Positions 1 to 8,555 of a stretch of DNA of 32,276 nucleotides are shown piece by piece (within the stretch, counting starts at the first letter, position 1; each line of letters starts with the position of its first letter). The stretch lies in the NCBI GenBank assembly GCA_017304275.1, contig JAFKKW010000458.1, positions 1 through 32,276 of the forward strand, written 5' to 3'. This DNA is from Hyphomicrobiales bacterium (GTDB taxonomy: Bacteria > Pseudomonadota > Alphaproteobacteria > Rhizobiales > Hyphomicrobiaceae). A program made the translations under genes and the position numbers. The notes beneath the pieces were generated by a model, which did no database searches, was not told the DNA's origin, and worked only from the letters and a program-made list of their open reading frames with translations.

Positions 1-932
1 ATCGTGCGGCCGGCGTCAACCTCGTTTCGATCGGCGTGCAGTCGCTCCGCGATGCGGACCTGAAGCGCCTCGGCCGCATCCACTCCGTCGCGGAGGCGAA
101 GGCCGCCGTCGACATCGCGCATCGCACCTTCGATCGCGTCTCGTTCGACCTGATCTACGCCCGGCCCGAGCAGTCGCCCGCTGCGTGGCGCACCGAGCTC
201 ACCGAGGCGCTCGCCATGGCAAGCGGTCACCTCTCGCTCTACCAGCTCACCATCGCGCCCGAGACGCGTTTCGCCGACCTCTACGCCAAAGGCCGCCTTG
301 CAATCCCCGCCGCGGAGGCCGCGCACGACCTCTACGAGCTGACCCAGGAGCTGACTGCAGCGGCTGGGCTCAACCAATACGAGATCTCGAACCACGCGCG
401 CGCCGGCGAGGAGAGCCGCCACAATCTGCTCTACTGGCGCTACGGCGAATACGCGGGCGTCGGTCCCGGCGCGCACGGACGCCTGCGGACGCCGGCCGCG
501 CACCTTGCCACCGTCACGGAGCGCAACCCCGAGCGCTGGCTCGAACGCGTCGAGACGGCGGGCCACGGCATCGCCGAAACGGAAACGCTGTCACCCAAGG
601 CGCGTACCGACGAGATGCTGCTGATGGGCCTGCGCCTCGACGAAGGCATCGATCTCGACCGGCTCGCGGGCATCGGCGGCTTCGCGCCGAGAGCCGAGAC
701 ACTGGCCGGATTGATCGAGCAGGGCGTCATCGAGCGCCTCCCGCCACCCGCAGCCGAGCCCGGACTGGACGAGATCCGCGCCTGCCTCGGTCCAGGCCTT
801 CCGCCATCGACCGAGGTGCGCTCCTTCGGCCGGGTCCGCGCCACCGATGCCGGCCGCTTCATCCTCAATCAGCTCGTGCTGGAATTGTCGGCGAGCCTCG
901 TGCCGGTAACGCACACGGCGTCGCCGCGATAG
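1..932 (+). CDS. hemW: Radical SAM heme chaperone HemW (HemN-like), 5' end outside the window
   Basis: Motifs S(I)GVQS, SFDLIYARP, HLSLYQLTI, YEISNHA, HNLLYW, GVGPGAHG and LMGLRL are typical of HemW/YggW. The frame is open from the window start. Confidence 0.9.
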   Translation, partial: RAAGVNLVSIGVQSLRDADLKRLGRIHSVAEAKAAVDIAHRTFDRVSFDLIYARPEQSPAAWRTELTEALAMASGHLSLYQLTIAPETRFADLYAKGRLAIPAAEAAHDLYELTQELTAAAGLNQYEISNHARAGEESRHNLLYWRYGEYAGVGPGAHGRLRTPAAHLATVTERNPERWLERVETAGHGIAETETLSPKARTDEMLLMGLRLDEGIDLDRLAGIGGFAPRAETLAGLIEQGVIERLPPPAAEPGLDEIRACLGPGLPPSTEVRSFGRVRATDAGRFILNQLVLELSASLVPVTHTASPR

Positions 933-1089
933 ACATTTCTCCCGCCGCCCACTAATCAGCCCGCTGGGGCACGTCGTTGCGAACCGAACCGTCTCCCGCC
1001 CACACTATGGCCAGATCAAGTCCGGCCATGACGGGTGGATCGCGCGTGTTTCATCAAAGCAAACGCCCGGGCATCGGGGGAGCACTGGC

Positions 1090-1668
1090 ATGCGGCGGCT
1101 ATACGATTGGATGATGGCGAAGGCCCGCAGCGAGCGCGCCCCGCACGCGCTGTTCTGGGTCTCCTTTATCGAGAGCTCGTTCTTCCCCATTCCGCCGGAC
1201 GTGATGCTGGTCCCGATGGTGCTCGCCAACCGCCTCAAGGCCTGGTGGTACGCGACCGTCGCCACGCTTGGCTCGGTCATCGGCGGCGTGCTCGGCTATC
1301 TCATCGGCTACTTCTTCTTCGAGAAGATCGGCGAGCCGATCCTGGCGTTCTACGGCAAGGCCGAAAGCTTCGGCGAGTTCACGAGCTGGTTCAACGAGTG
1401 GGGCGTTTGGATCCTGATCATCAAGGGCATGACGCCGTTCCCTTACAAGGTGCTGACCATCACCGCGGGCGTGACGCACATGCCGCTCATCGAGTTCATG
1501 ATTGCGAGCGTCATCGCGCGTGCCATGCGCTTTTATCTCGTCGCCGGCCTCCTCTATTTCTTCGGCGAGCCGATCCGCGAGTTCATCGAGAAGCGGCTGA
1601 GCCTGGTAACCACGGTTTTCGTTGTGCTTCTGGTCGCGGGCTTTATCGCGATTAGATACGTGTTCTGA
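1090..1668 (+). CDS. YqaA/DedA (VTT domain) membrane protein
   Basis: SFIESSFFPIPPD and TPFPYKVLTITAG motifs, hydrophobic helices, GGGGAG RBS upstream. Confidence 0.9.
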   Translation: MRRLYDWMMAKARSERAPHALFWVSFIESSFFPIPPDVMLVPMVLANRLKAWWYATVATLGSVIGGVLGYLIGYFFFEKIGEPILAFYGKAESFGEFTSWFNEWGVWILIIKGMTPFPYKVLTITAGVTHMPLIEFMIASVIARAMRFYLVAGLLYFFGEPIREFIEKRLSLVTTVFVVLLVAGFIAIRYVF

Positions 1669-1707
1669 ACCGGCCTCCCGGAGGGGCCGCCGGCGCGAGG
1701 AGTATGA

Positions 1708-2232
1708 GTGATGCTGTTGTCTGACACGCCGCAACGGACGGCCGCTTACCGCTACGGCGGTCTCGCGCTCTTTCTCGCCACCGCCGTCATCCTGACCGCG
1801 CTCGGCTTCGAGTATCTCGCCGGCTACGCGCCGTGCCCGCTCTGCCTGCTGCAGCGATACGCCTACTACGCGGGGATTCCGCTTCTGTTCGTCGCCATGG
1901 CGCTCACCGCCGAGATGCCGCGCGTCGCCGCCTTCATCTTCCTCGCCGTCGCGCTCGCATTCCTCGCCAATGCCGGTCTCGGCGTCTATCACGCGGGCGT
2001 CGAATGGAAGTTCTGGCCGGGGCCCGTCACCTGCGGCACGGCACAGGCGTTGCCGACCAATGCGTCCGATCTTCTGAGCAGCCTCGGCACCACCCACGTG
2101 CCCCGCTGCGACGAAGCCGTCTGGACCTTTGCCGGCCTCTCGATGGCGGGCTGGAATGCGATCGTGTCGTTCCTGGCCTTCGTCCTGGCGCTCAAGGCAG
2201 CCTTCCTGGCGGCAGCGACCGAGGCCGATTAG
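1708..2232 (+). CDS. dsbB: Disulfide bond formation protein B family
   Basis: GYAPCPLCLLQR (CxxC), YHAGVEWKFWPGP, second Cys pair (C...PRCD) and GLSMAGWN; four TM segments. Confidence 0.88.
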   Translation: MMLLSDTPQRTAAYRYGGLALFLATAVILTALGFEYLAGYAPCPLCLLQRYAYYAGIPLLFVAMALTAEMPRVAAFIFLAVALAFLANAGLGVYHAGVEWKFWPGPVTCGTAQALPTNASDLLSSLGTTHVPRCDEAVWTFAGLSMAGWNAIVSFLAFVLALKAAFLAAATEAD

Positions 2233-2429
2233 ACGGCTGATTCAACGTCTTCCGGTTATCAACAACAGACGCCGGTCGAACAAAAATCATGCGCGTAGAA
2301 GCCCTTGCGCACGCTGCATGTGGCCGTGTCGCATCAAGTCAAGATCATTTCTTGGACAAGACGTTTTTGCGCCCTCGCGTGGCCACAGTGTCACGGTTAA
2401 TTGTCATCATTCGCGGAACACAAAAGGAA

Positions 2430-3340
2430 CTTCTGTTGTGAGCGTACCGCGTCGGGAGGGAGTGTCGAGGTCGTGTGAGTCCGTCGCGCAACAGGCGACG
2501 GATGTGCCGGCCGGGACAGCGAATTTCCCGAGAGTTGAGCAGAAGGTGAAGGCCTCGCCCTCGTTGGGCGGGTTTTCAACAGCAGTTCGTTCCGCGATCC
2601 GGAACCCTTTGAGTGAGCGTTGCGTCAGTAGCGTACCGAGTGCCGTTGCGTTGCGTAAGCGTGAGTTGCGTACCAGTCAGTTGCGTACCTTTGAGTGGCG
2701 TACAAGCGTACCGCGTCGAGTAACTGCGTACCCCCCTGCATCCCCCAAGGACACGCTTGCCGGCGTGTTCGAACGAATGAAGCGAGCCGCCCGGACGAAA
2801 AAGTTCGCGTGTATCTCCGAGCGGCTCGCCCCCCGGTCCTGCGTTTGAGTTCCAACGTAATGCGTCGCCTGTGTCCCCGCGTATGCGTGCAAGCGTAAGC
2901 GTTCGACGTCACGCGCCCGCGGCAAGGCAACAGCACGCGTAACAGTAGCAGTGAGAGTGAAGTGATGCCGTTTGAAGAGAGTGCGTGGCGTTCGTTGCAG
3001 GACGTCGTTGGCAGCGTACTTGAAAGCGCTGCGGCGGCCCAGCCCAAGCAGCGGTAAGCGAGCGCGAGACGACGTACGGGAACTGGTCGGCTCCCGGATG
3101 ATGCGTATCTCCGACCACGAAATTCTGAGGCCGCGGACCATGGTCGGTTCGAAAGGTCTCGAACGGTAAGGCAAGCATACCGGACGCCTGACGGACAGTC
3201 CAAGTTGGTGTCACATGAACCGGTCGCGCGTAGTGGCACTGAAGAGCCGGTGTGCTTGCCCCCTAGACGATGGCTTCGGACCGACCGGTCCGAAGCAGTG
3301 AATCACCGGTCTCCTATTGACCGCTTTGCGTAGCAGTAGA
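2430..3340 (+). ncRNA. Candidate large structured non-coding RNA or long 5' leader with reiterated GCGUA motifs
   Basis: No convincing long ORF. About 15 GCGTA copies on the + strand and at least 8 stem-loops, several with + strand G-U pairs. Boundaries approximate. Confidence 0.4.
2965..3057 (+). CDS. Putative 30-aa small protein MPFEESAWRSLQDVVGSVLESAAAAQPKQR
   Basis: ATG 2965 to TAA 3055-3057, purine-rich upstream sequence (GTGAGAGTGAAGTG), amphipathic-helix pattern. Below the ORF-track cutoff. Confidence 0.4.
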   Translation: MPFEESAWRSLQDVVGSVLESAAAAQPKQR

Positions 3341-3355
3341 CATCAGGAGCGATCC

Positions 3356-3571
3356 ATGATCCCCGGGCATATCAATTCGATCGAGTGGCATCAGGCCATC
3401 GGCATCGCGCGTCAGTCGTGCGCCCGCTTTTTCCGCGACGGTGGAACGGCGAAGGACGCCATGCGCGCATTCGGCGCCGACGCGGCGGGCGAGGATGCCG
3501 CAGATTGGGGAAAGGCCGTCGAGGCCATCGCCTACGTCTTGTGCGCAAGACCCGAAAAGCGCGCTGCCTGA
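3356..3571 (+). CDS. Small hypothetical protein (71 aa)
   Basis: AGGAG RBS 6 nt before ATG 3356, host-like codon usage, followed by an intrinsic terminator. Confidence 0.75.
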   Translation: MIPGHINSIEWHQAIGIARQSCARFFRDGGTAKDAMRAFGADAAGEDAADWGKAVEAIAYVLCARPEKRAA

Positions 3572-3617
3572 CGGCACGCGCCCCTGAGACGACCACTTCG
3601 TAAGACCTTCCAATCTC

Positions 3618-3643
3618 GGCCCCGGCAACGGGGCCATTTTTTT
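3618..3643 (+). terminator. Rho-independent terminator
   Basis: GGCCCCG-GCAA-CGGGGCC stem-loop followed by ATTTTTTT. Confidence 0.85.
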
Positions 3644-3650
3644 GCGCATC

Positions 3651-3736
3651 CGGATACCGGCCTCCGCCGGTGTGACGTGAACGAGTTGAAGCCGCCCACC
3701 ACTCACGACGTCATCCCGGCGAAGGCCGGGATCCAG
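3651..3736. repeat. Inverted pair of REP-like palindromes
   Basis: 3709-3736 CGTCATCCCGGCGAAGGCCGGGATCCAG, plus a reverse-oriented relative at 3651-3677 (rc CGTCACACCGGCGGAGGCCGGTATCCG). Confidence 0.75.
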
Positions 3737-3786
3737 ATACGTCGAAATTGACGCAGCTGCGCATCCTCTCGAGAACCCGCCGCACG

Positions 3787-4347
3787 CTAAGGCTCGAGCT
3801 CGGTATCCCAGTAGAGATAGTCGAGCCAGCTATCGTGCAGGTAGTTGGGCGGGAACAGGCGTCCGTTGCGATGCAGCTCGAACACCGTCGGCCGATAGGG
3901 AGGCTGATGGGGCCTCATGCCCGCATCCCACGGCATCTCGCCACCCTTCTTGAGATTGCAGGGCGCGCACGCCGTCGTCACGTTGTCCCAGCGCGTCTGT
4001 CCGCCGCGCGACCGCGGGATCACGTGATCGAACGTGAGATCGTCCCGACAACCGCAATACTGACACGAAAAACGGTCCCGCAGGAACACGTTGAACCGCG
4101 TGAAGGCCGGATAAAGCGCTGGTTTGACGTAGGTTTTTAGCGAGACGACGGACGGCAGCCGCATCTCGAAGCTCGTGCTCCGCACCGTGCGGTCGTACTC
4201 GGAGACGATGTTGACGCGATCCAAAAAGACAGCCTTCACCGACTCCTGCCAGCTCCAGAGCGACAATGGATAGTAGCTCAGGGGCCGGAAGTCGGCGTTG
4301 AGAACCAGTGCCGGAAAGGACTCCGGCGTGGCAGCATGAGCGTTCAC
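3787..4347 (-). CDS. HNH endonuclease (McrA-like, conserved alphaproteobacterial type)
   Basis: LVLNADFRPL, RFNVFLRDRFSCQYCG, TFDHVIPRSRGG, WDNVTTACAPCNLKKG. Confidence 0.92.
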   Translation of the reverse strand: MNAHAATPESFPALVLNADFRPLSYYPLSLWSWQESVKAVFLDRVNIVSEYDRTVRSTSFEMRLPSVVSLKTYVKPALYPAFTRFNVFLRDRFSCQYCGCRDDLTFDHVIPRSRGGQTRWDNVTTACAPCNLKKGGEMPWDAGMRPHQPPYRPTVFELHRNGRLFPPNYLHDSWLDYLYWDTELEP

Positions 4348-4521
4348 TTGCTTGCTTCCAGTCGGTTCGTCGAATCGGGGGCGTCACCCCCCGATTGGCG
4401 TGCGGATACTAGCGACGCATGTCATCTCTGTGAAGGTCTCTGGCCCCAATTGGGACTTTCGCCGTCAGAACAGCGCGATGCTGCTGATTTCTACGGTGAA
4501 AATGGGGATTTGGATGACTGC

Positions 4522-5238
4522 TCACGGCAGCGGATCGCGATGAGCGTAGAACGACCACAGCAGCCGCGCCGCAACCCCGCGCCAGGGCCGCCAGCGCTCC
4601 GCGATCTCGGCGAGCCCCTGCATGTTGGGTCGCTCGTCGAGCCCGAAGGCCCGCTGCACCGCAATCTGCAGCGCCAGATCCCCCGCCGCGAAGCCGTCCG
4701 CATGACCAAGGCAGAACATAGTGTAGATGTCCGCGGTCCACGGCCCGATGCCGTTGATGGCAAGAAGTGCGGCGCGCAGGTCGTCATGCGCGAGCGGCGC
4801 CTCGAGGTCGAGCGCGCCGGTCACGATGGCGTCCGCGACCGCTCTCAGCGTCTTGACCTTGCCCTGCGAAAGCCCTGCGCCCCTGAGCGCTCCCACATCC
4901 GCCGCCAGCAGCATCGGCGCATCGAACGGATCGACGACGATCTCCACCCGGTTCCAGATCGCGCTCGCGCTCGCGATCGAGAGCTGCTGGCCGACCACCA
5001 CGCGCGCCAGGCCGGCAAATCCGGGTATATGCCGCCGCAGCGGTGGATCGCCCACGGTATCGTGCACGCGCTTCATCACCGGACACAGCTTGCGCAACGC
5101 ACGCGCACCGGAACGAATGTCGGCCGACGTCTCGATCACGCGGACACGCGCACGACCACGTCTTGCCTTCGGAGCTGATGCTTTTTGTGGAAGAGGTCGC
5201 TTCGGCACGGCGCGGTCGCGCTCCTCGCTTTTCGTCAT
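4522..5238 (-). CDS. alkA: DNA-3-methyladenine glycosylase II (HhH-GPD family)
   Basis: VVGQQLSIASA, GLSQGK, HhH motif INGIGPWTADIY, GDLAL and WRPWRGVAARLLW. Start placed at ATG 5238, not 5943. Confidence 0.85.
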   Translation of the reverse strand: MTKSEERDRAVPKRPLPQKASAPKARRGRARVRVIETSADIRSGARALRKLCPVMKRVHDTVGDPPLRRHIPGFAGLARVVVGQQLSIASASAIWNRVEIVVDPFDAPMLLAADVGALRGAGLSQGKVKTLRAVADAIVTGALDLEAPLAHDDLRAALLAINGIGPWTADIYTMFCLGHADGFAAGDLALQIAVQRAFGLDERPNMQGLAEIAERWRPWRGVAARLLWSFYAHRDPLP

Positions 5239-5304
5239 CCCCGACCCAAAGTAGGGTGCGGGAGCCGGGATTGGAATGTCTTGCAGTGAGGGCGTGGTGA
5301 CGTC

Positions 5305-5853
5305 ATGGGATACGACAGGAAAAGACACGGCAAACGGCGCGCGGTGATGATGAGCATCGCGTGCGTGACCATCGGCTTCGCAACCGCAGCGATTGCAGCC
5401 GGCCAGAAGCTCAGGCAGTGGGAAACGATCCAGAGCGAGCGCTACGGATTCATGATCGCCTATCCCGGCTCGGTTTTCGCCCCGGGCACGACCGAGGCCA
5501 CCGAAAACGGTCATGTCCTGATCTCGCGCGACGGCGGGGCCCGGCTTCTCGTCGCCGCGTTCGACAACGAGGAGCAGGCGACGCTCGCGGAATACCGCCG
5601 GCAGATCCTGGCGGAGAATTACAGCGGAGCCGACCTCGACTACGCCCCCGTGAGGAAACGCTGGTTCGTCGTTTCCGGCACGCGCGGCACGATGCACTTC
5701 TACGAGCGGGTGAGCTTCACCTGCGGCGGCAAGCTGATCAATAGCTGGGCCCTGCTCTATCCCGCCGCCGAGCGTCACGTCTACGACCGCATCGTCGAGG
5801 CCATCGCACGCACCTACGCGCCGGGCGCTGGACGCAACGGCCAATGCGATTGA
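5305..5853 (+). CDS. Hypothetical exported protein
   Basis: Signal-peptide-like segment (..FATAAIAA), then YGFMIAYP / WFVVSG / YDRIVEAI domain. Start could be 5347. Confidence 0.7.
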   Translation: MGYDRKRHGKRRAVMMSIACVTIGFATAAIAAGQKLRQWETIQSERYGFMIAYPGSVFAPGTTEATENGHVLISRDGGARLLVAAFDNEEQATLAEYRRQILAENYSGADLDYAPVRKRWFVVSGTRGTMHFYERVSFTCGGKLINSWALLYPAAERHVYDRIVEAIARTYAPGAGRNGQCD

Positions 5854-5900
5854 GCGCAATGGACGCGAGACGCGAAGCGCGACCTCACGCCGGAGCGTAT

Positions 5901-5990
5901 CTGGACCCCGACCTCCGTCGGGGTGACGTTGATGAGGAGGCAATCGGCGTCCAACAAACGTCCGTCATCCCGGCGCAGGCCGGGATCCAG
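5901..5990. repeat. Second inverted pair of REP-like palindromes
   Basis: 5963-5990 CGTCATCCCGGCGCAGGCCGGGATCCAG (1 mismatch to 3709-3736) and a reverse copy at 5901-5928 (rc CGTCACCCCGACGGAGGTCGGGGTCCAG). Confidence 0.8.
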
Positions 5991-6052
5991 ACACGTCTCC
6001 GCAGGGCGCAACGGTCCTCGCTCCTCGCCAGCCTCCGCGGAAAAGGCACGGA

Positions 6053-6973
6053 ATGACCGCGCCCCGTCCTGTCCTGCGTTTCGCACCGAGTCCCAACGGC
6101 GAGCTGCACCTCGGCCATGCACTATCCGCACTCGTCGGCTTCGACATGGCCGAAAGGCTCGGCGGCCGCTTCCTGGTGCGCATCGAGGACATCGATACCG
6201 CGCGCTGTCGCGAGGAGTACGTCACGCAAATCTTCGAGGATCTCGCCTGGCTCGGCATCACGTGGGAGGAGCCCGTGCTGCGCCAGAGCCTCCACATCAC
6301 GACCTACAGCGCCGCCTCCGACTGGTTGCTGAAGCTCGGCCTTCTCTATCCGTGCTTCGCGACCCGCACCGAAATCAGCGAGGCGACGGAGACCGCGCCG
6401 GGCCCGCCGGCGCTCGACCCTGACGGCACGCCGCTTTATCCCGGCTTGCACAAGGCCCTGCCGAAGAAGGAGATCGCCGCGCGCCTCGCCCGCCACGAGC
6501 CGTTCGCGCTGCGCCTCGACATGGACCGCGCGCTCGACGCCCTCGAAGGCATTACAGGCGAGCGCCACGTCACGTTCAAGGAGCTCGATGCCGACGGCAA
6601 TCCGCAGGTGATCCAGATGAACCCGGCCGACTGGGGCGACACCGTGATCGTGCGCAAGGACGTGCCGACCAGCTACCACCTCGCCGTCACCGTCGACGAC
6701 GCGCGCCAGGGCGTGACGCACGTCACGCGCGGCCGCGATCTCTATGCGGCCACGAGCCTGCACCGCCTGTTGCAGATCATCCTCGGCCTGCCCGAGCCGC
6801 TCTACCATCACCATCGGCTACTCGCGGGCCCGGACGGCCACAAGCTCTCGAAAAGCGCGGGCGACACGTCGCTGCGCGCCCTTCGCGAGCAAGGCATCGA
6901 TAGGTTGCAGCTCCGACAACGCGTGGGGCTTGCCGACCAAACGCCCGCGGGCGCGCGCGGGAATCTTTCGTAA
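6053..6973 (+). CDS. gluQ: tRNA glutamyl-Q(34) synthetase GluQRS
   Basis: RFAPSPNGELHLGH (HIGH), RIEDID, SYHLAVTVDD, VTRGRDL and KLSKS. About 300 aa with no anticodon-binding domain. Confidence 0.92.
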   Translation: MTAPRPVLRFAPSPNGELHLGHALSALVGFDMAERLGGRFLVRIEDIDTARCREEYVTQIFEDLAWLGITWEEPVLRQSLHITTYSAASDWLLKLGLLYPCFATRTEISEATETAPGPPALDPDGTPLYPGLHKALPKKEIAARLARHEPFALRLDMDRALDALEGITGERHVTFKELDADGNPQVIQMNPADWGDTVIVRKDVPTSYHLAVTVDDARQGVTHVTRGRDLYAATSLHRLLQIILGLPEPLYHHHRLLAGPDGHKLSKSAGDTSLRALREQGIDRLQLRQRVGLADQTPAGARGNLS

Positions 6974-7052
6974 ACCAAATTTTACGATGGTGAACCATTG
7001 GGTTGTCTCTTAGACTTCAACACTGAGTTCCACCCGAATCTCGGGCGCCGAC

Positions 7053-8555
7053 GTGAAAAAGAAGCCGCGCAAGTCACGGCCGAAGGCGATGAAGCCCCGT
7101 CGAGAGGCAACGGCGGCTGCCTGGAAGCACGCCCAAACGCCATCCCGTCAGTCGTTGCGTTATGCGCCTCCCGCCAGCGCCGCAGGCGCGCGCTTCGCGG
7201 ACCTCTTCGCCTCGCATGCGGGACGCATCGAACGGACCCTTGCATCCCTCGTCGACGGCGCCAGACGCCTGCCGGCAGAGATGGGCGTGCGAGCCGGCCG
7301 CCTGCGCGCGGGAGCCCATGCCGCAGCCCGCACCTATTCGCGCGACGAGCGCGAGGCGCTCCTGCTCTTGTTCCTGCCGTTCCTGCTCGTCGCCTCGGCC
7401 ATGGTCGTCCACCAGTCCGTGCGCATGCTGCAGAACTATCTCGCCGCCATCGCCATGCCCGACGACGAGATTTCGCCGCTCTCGCCCGGCGTGATGCGGG
7501 ACGTGCGCATCGCCGCCGTCCCTCAAACGCGCGCGCAGGAGGCACCACCGGCGCGAACCGATCTGGCCGCGATCTCCACGGCATCCGAAAGCCGCGCCAT
7601 CACCGTGGCAGGGACCGCCCTCGCGGAAGCGCCCGCCGCGACCGGCCCCTCGGCGAGAGCCGTACCGGCATCCGACCTCGGGCGCCCCGCGGATACGCAC
7701 GGCATGGAGCTCGCGTCCGCGCCGTTTTCCTCAGCCGTTGCGGCACAGGAGGAAACGCAGTTCGCCCTGCTCGGCCCCATCGGCGACATGGGCCACAGCG
7801 TACCGCAGCGCACGCCGGAACCGGTCGAGACGCTCGAGGTCGACGATAACGGCAAGCCCATCCGTGCCGGCATTTGCGCCATCGACCAGACGCCGCGCTC
7901 GCCCGCGGCATTGCCGCTCGGCGAGACCGTGTCGCTTGGCGCCGACACCTTCGGCCTGCGCCTGGCCAAGGCGGCCGAAGCCCAGACCGCCTCGTTCGTC
8001 ATCTACAATGACGCCTACCGCACGATCTCCTATCCCATGGGCGACGTGAACGGCCTGTTCGGCGTCTGCACCGACGTCGTCGTGCGCGCCTACCGCGCGC
8101 TCGGCCTCGACCTGCAGGCACTCGTGCAAGAGGCTCGCGCCGGCACCGGCGACCGGAGCATCGACCACCGCCGCACCGAGATCCTGCGCCGCTTCTTCTC
8201 GACCCAAGGCGAAAGCCTGCCGATTACGAGCTACCCCGAGGATTATCGCCCCGGCGACATCGTCACGTACTACCGCCCCCAGAACCGCCGCACGCGCGCG
8301 CATATCGCCATCGTGTCGTCGGTCATGGCGCCGTCCGGGCGGCCGATGATCGTCCACAACCGCGGCTGGGGGCCCGAGCTCGAGGACGCGCTCTTCGTCG
8401 ACCAGATCACCGGCCACTATCGCTATCGCGGCCCCGTCCAGACGCGCAACGCCGGCAGCGGCCGTGCTGCGTTGCCGGCCTGGACCGCAACGGCGCCCGT
8501 TCACCCGGCGACCTTCAACGCGGAGCGCGACGCTCCGCGTCCGTCACCGAACTGA
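7053..8555 (+). CDS. DUF1287 (YijF-like, NlpC/P60-related) domain protein with N-terminal TM anchor and long linker
   Basis: YPMGDV..GVCTDVVVRAYR, DRSIDHRR, PGDIV, HIAIVS, IVHNRG, ITGHYRY; TM helix LLLLFLPFLLVASAMVV. Confidence 0.8.
   Translation: MKKKPRKSRPKAMKPRREATAAAWKHAQTPSRQSLRYAPPASAAGARFADLFASHAGRIERTLASLVDGARRLPAEMGVRAGRLRAGAHAAARTYSRDEREALLLLFLPFLLVASAMVVHQSVRMLQNYLAAIAMPDDEISPLSPGVMRDVRIAAVPQTRAQEAPPARTDLAAISTASESRAITVAGTALAEAPAATGPSARAVPASDLGRPADTHGMELASAPFSSAVAAQEETQFALLGPIGDMGHSVPQRTPEPVETLEVDDNGKPIRAGICAIDQTPRSPAALPLGETVSLGADTFGLRLAKAAEAQTASFVIYNDAYRTISYPMGDVNGLFGVCTDVVVRAYRALGLDLQALVQEARAGTGDRSIDHRRTEILRRFFSTQGESLPITSYPEDYRPGDIVTYYRPQNRRTRAHIAIVSSVMAPSGRPMIVHNRGWGPELEDALFVDQITGHYRYRGPVQTRNAGSGRAALPAWTATAPVHPATFNAERDAPRPSPN

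Noticed and set aside
2617-2735. Possible CRISPR array
   Set aside because: Repeats are only 5-9 bp with irregular 8-22 bp spacing, and there are no cas genes in the window.
2625-3239. Minus-strand 204-aa ORF ending in YAT-repeat peptide (also overlapping ORFs 2129-2848 and 2677-3174)
   Set aside because: The peptide repeats are just the translation of the GCGTA motifs. No RBS, atypical composition, no recognisable domain.
3787-4347. HNH nuclease as a mobile or defence element
   Set aside because: Host-like codon usage and the conserved housekeeping-type alphaproteobacterial HNH sequence; no partner methylase or mobility signs.
5239-5943. N-terminal extension of the 473-aa alkA ORF
   Set aside because: It is the antisense shadow of the gene at 5305-5853. 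The glycosylase similarity starts after 5238.
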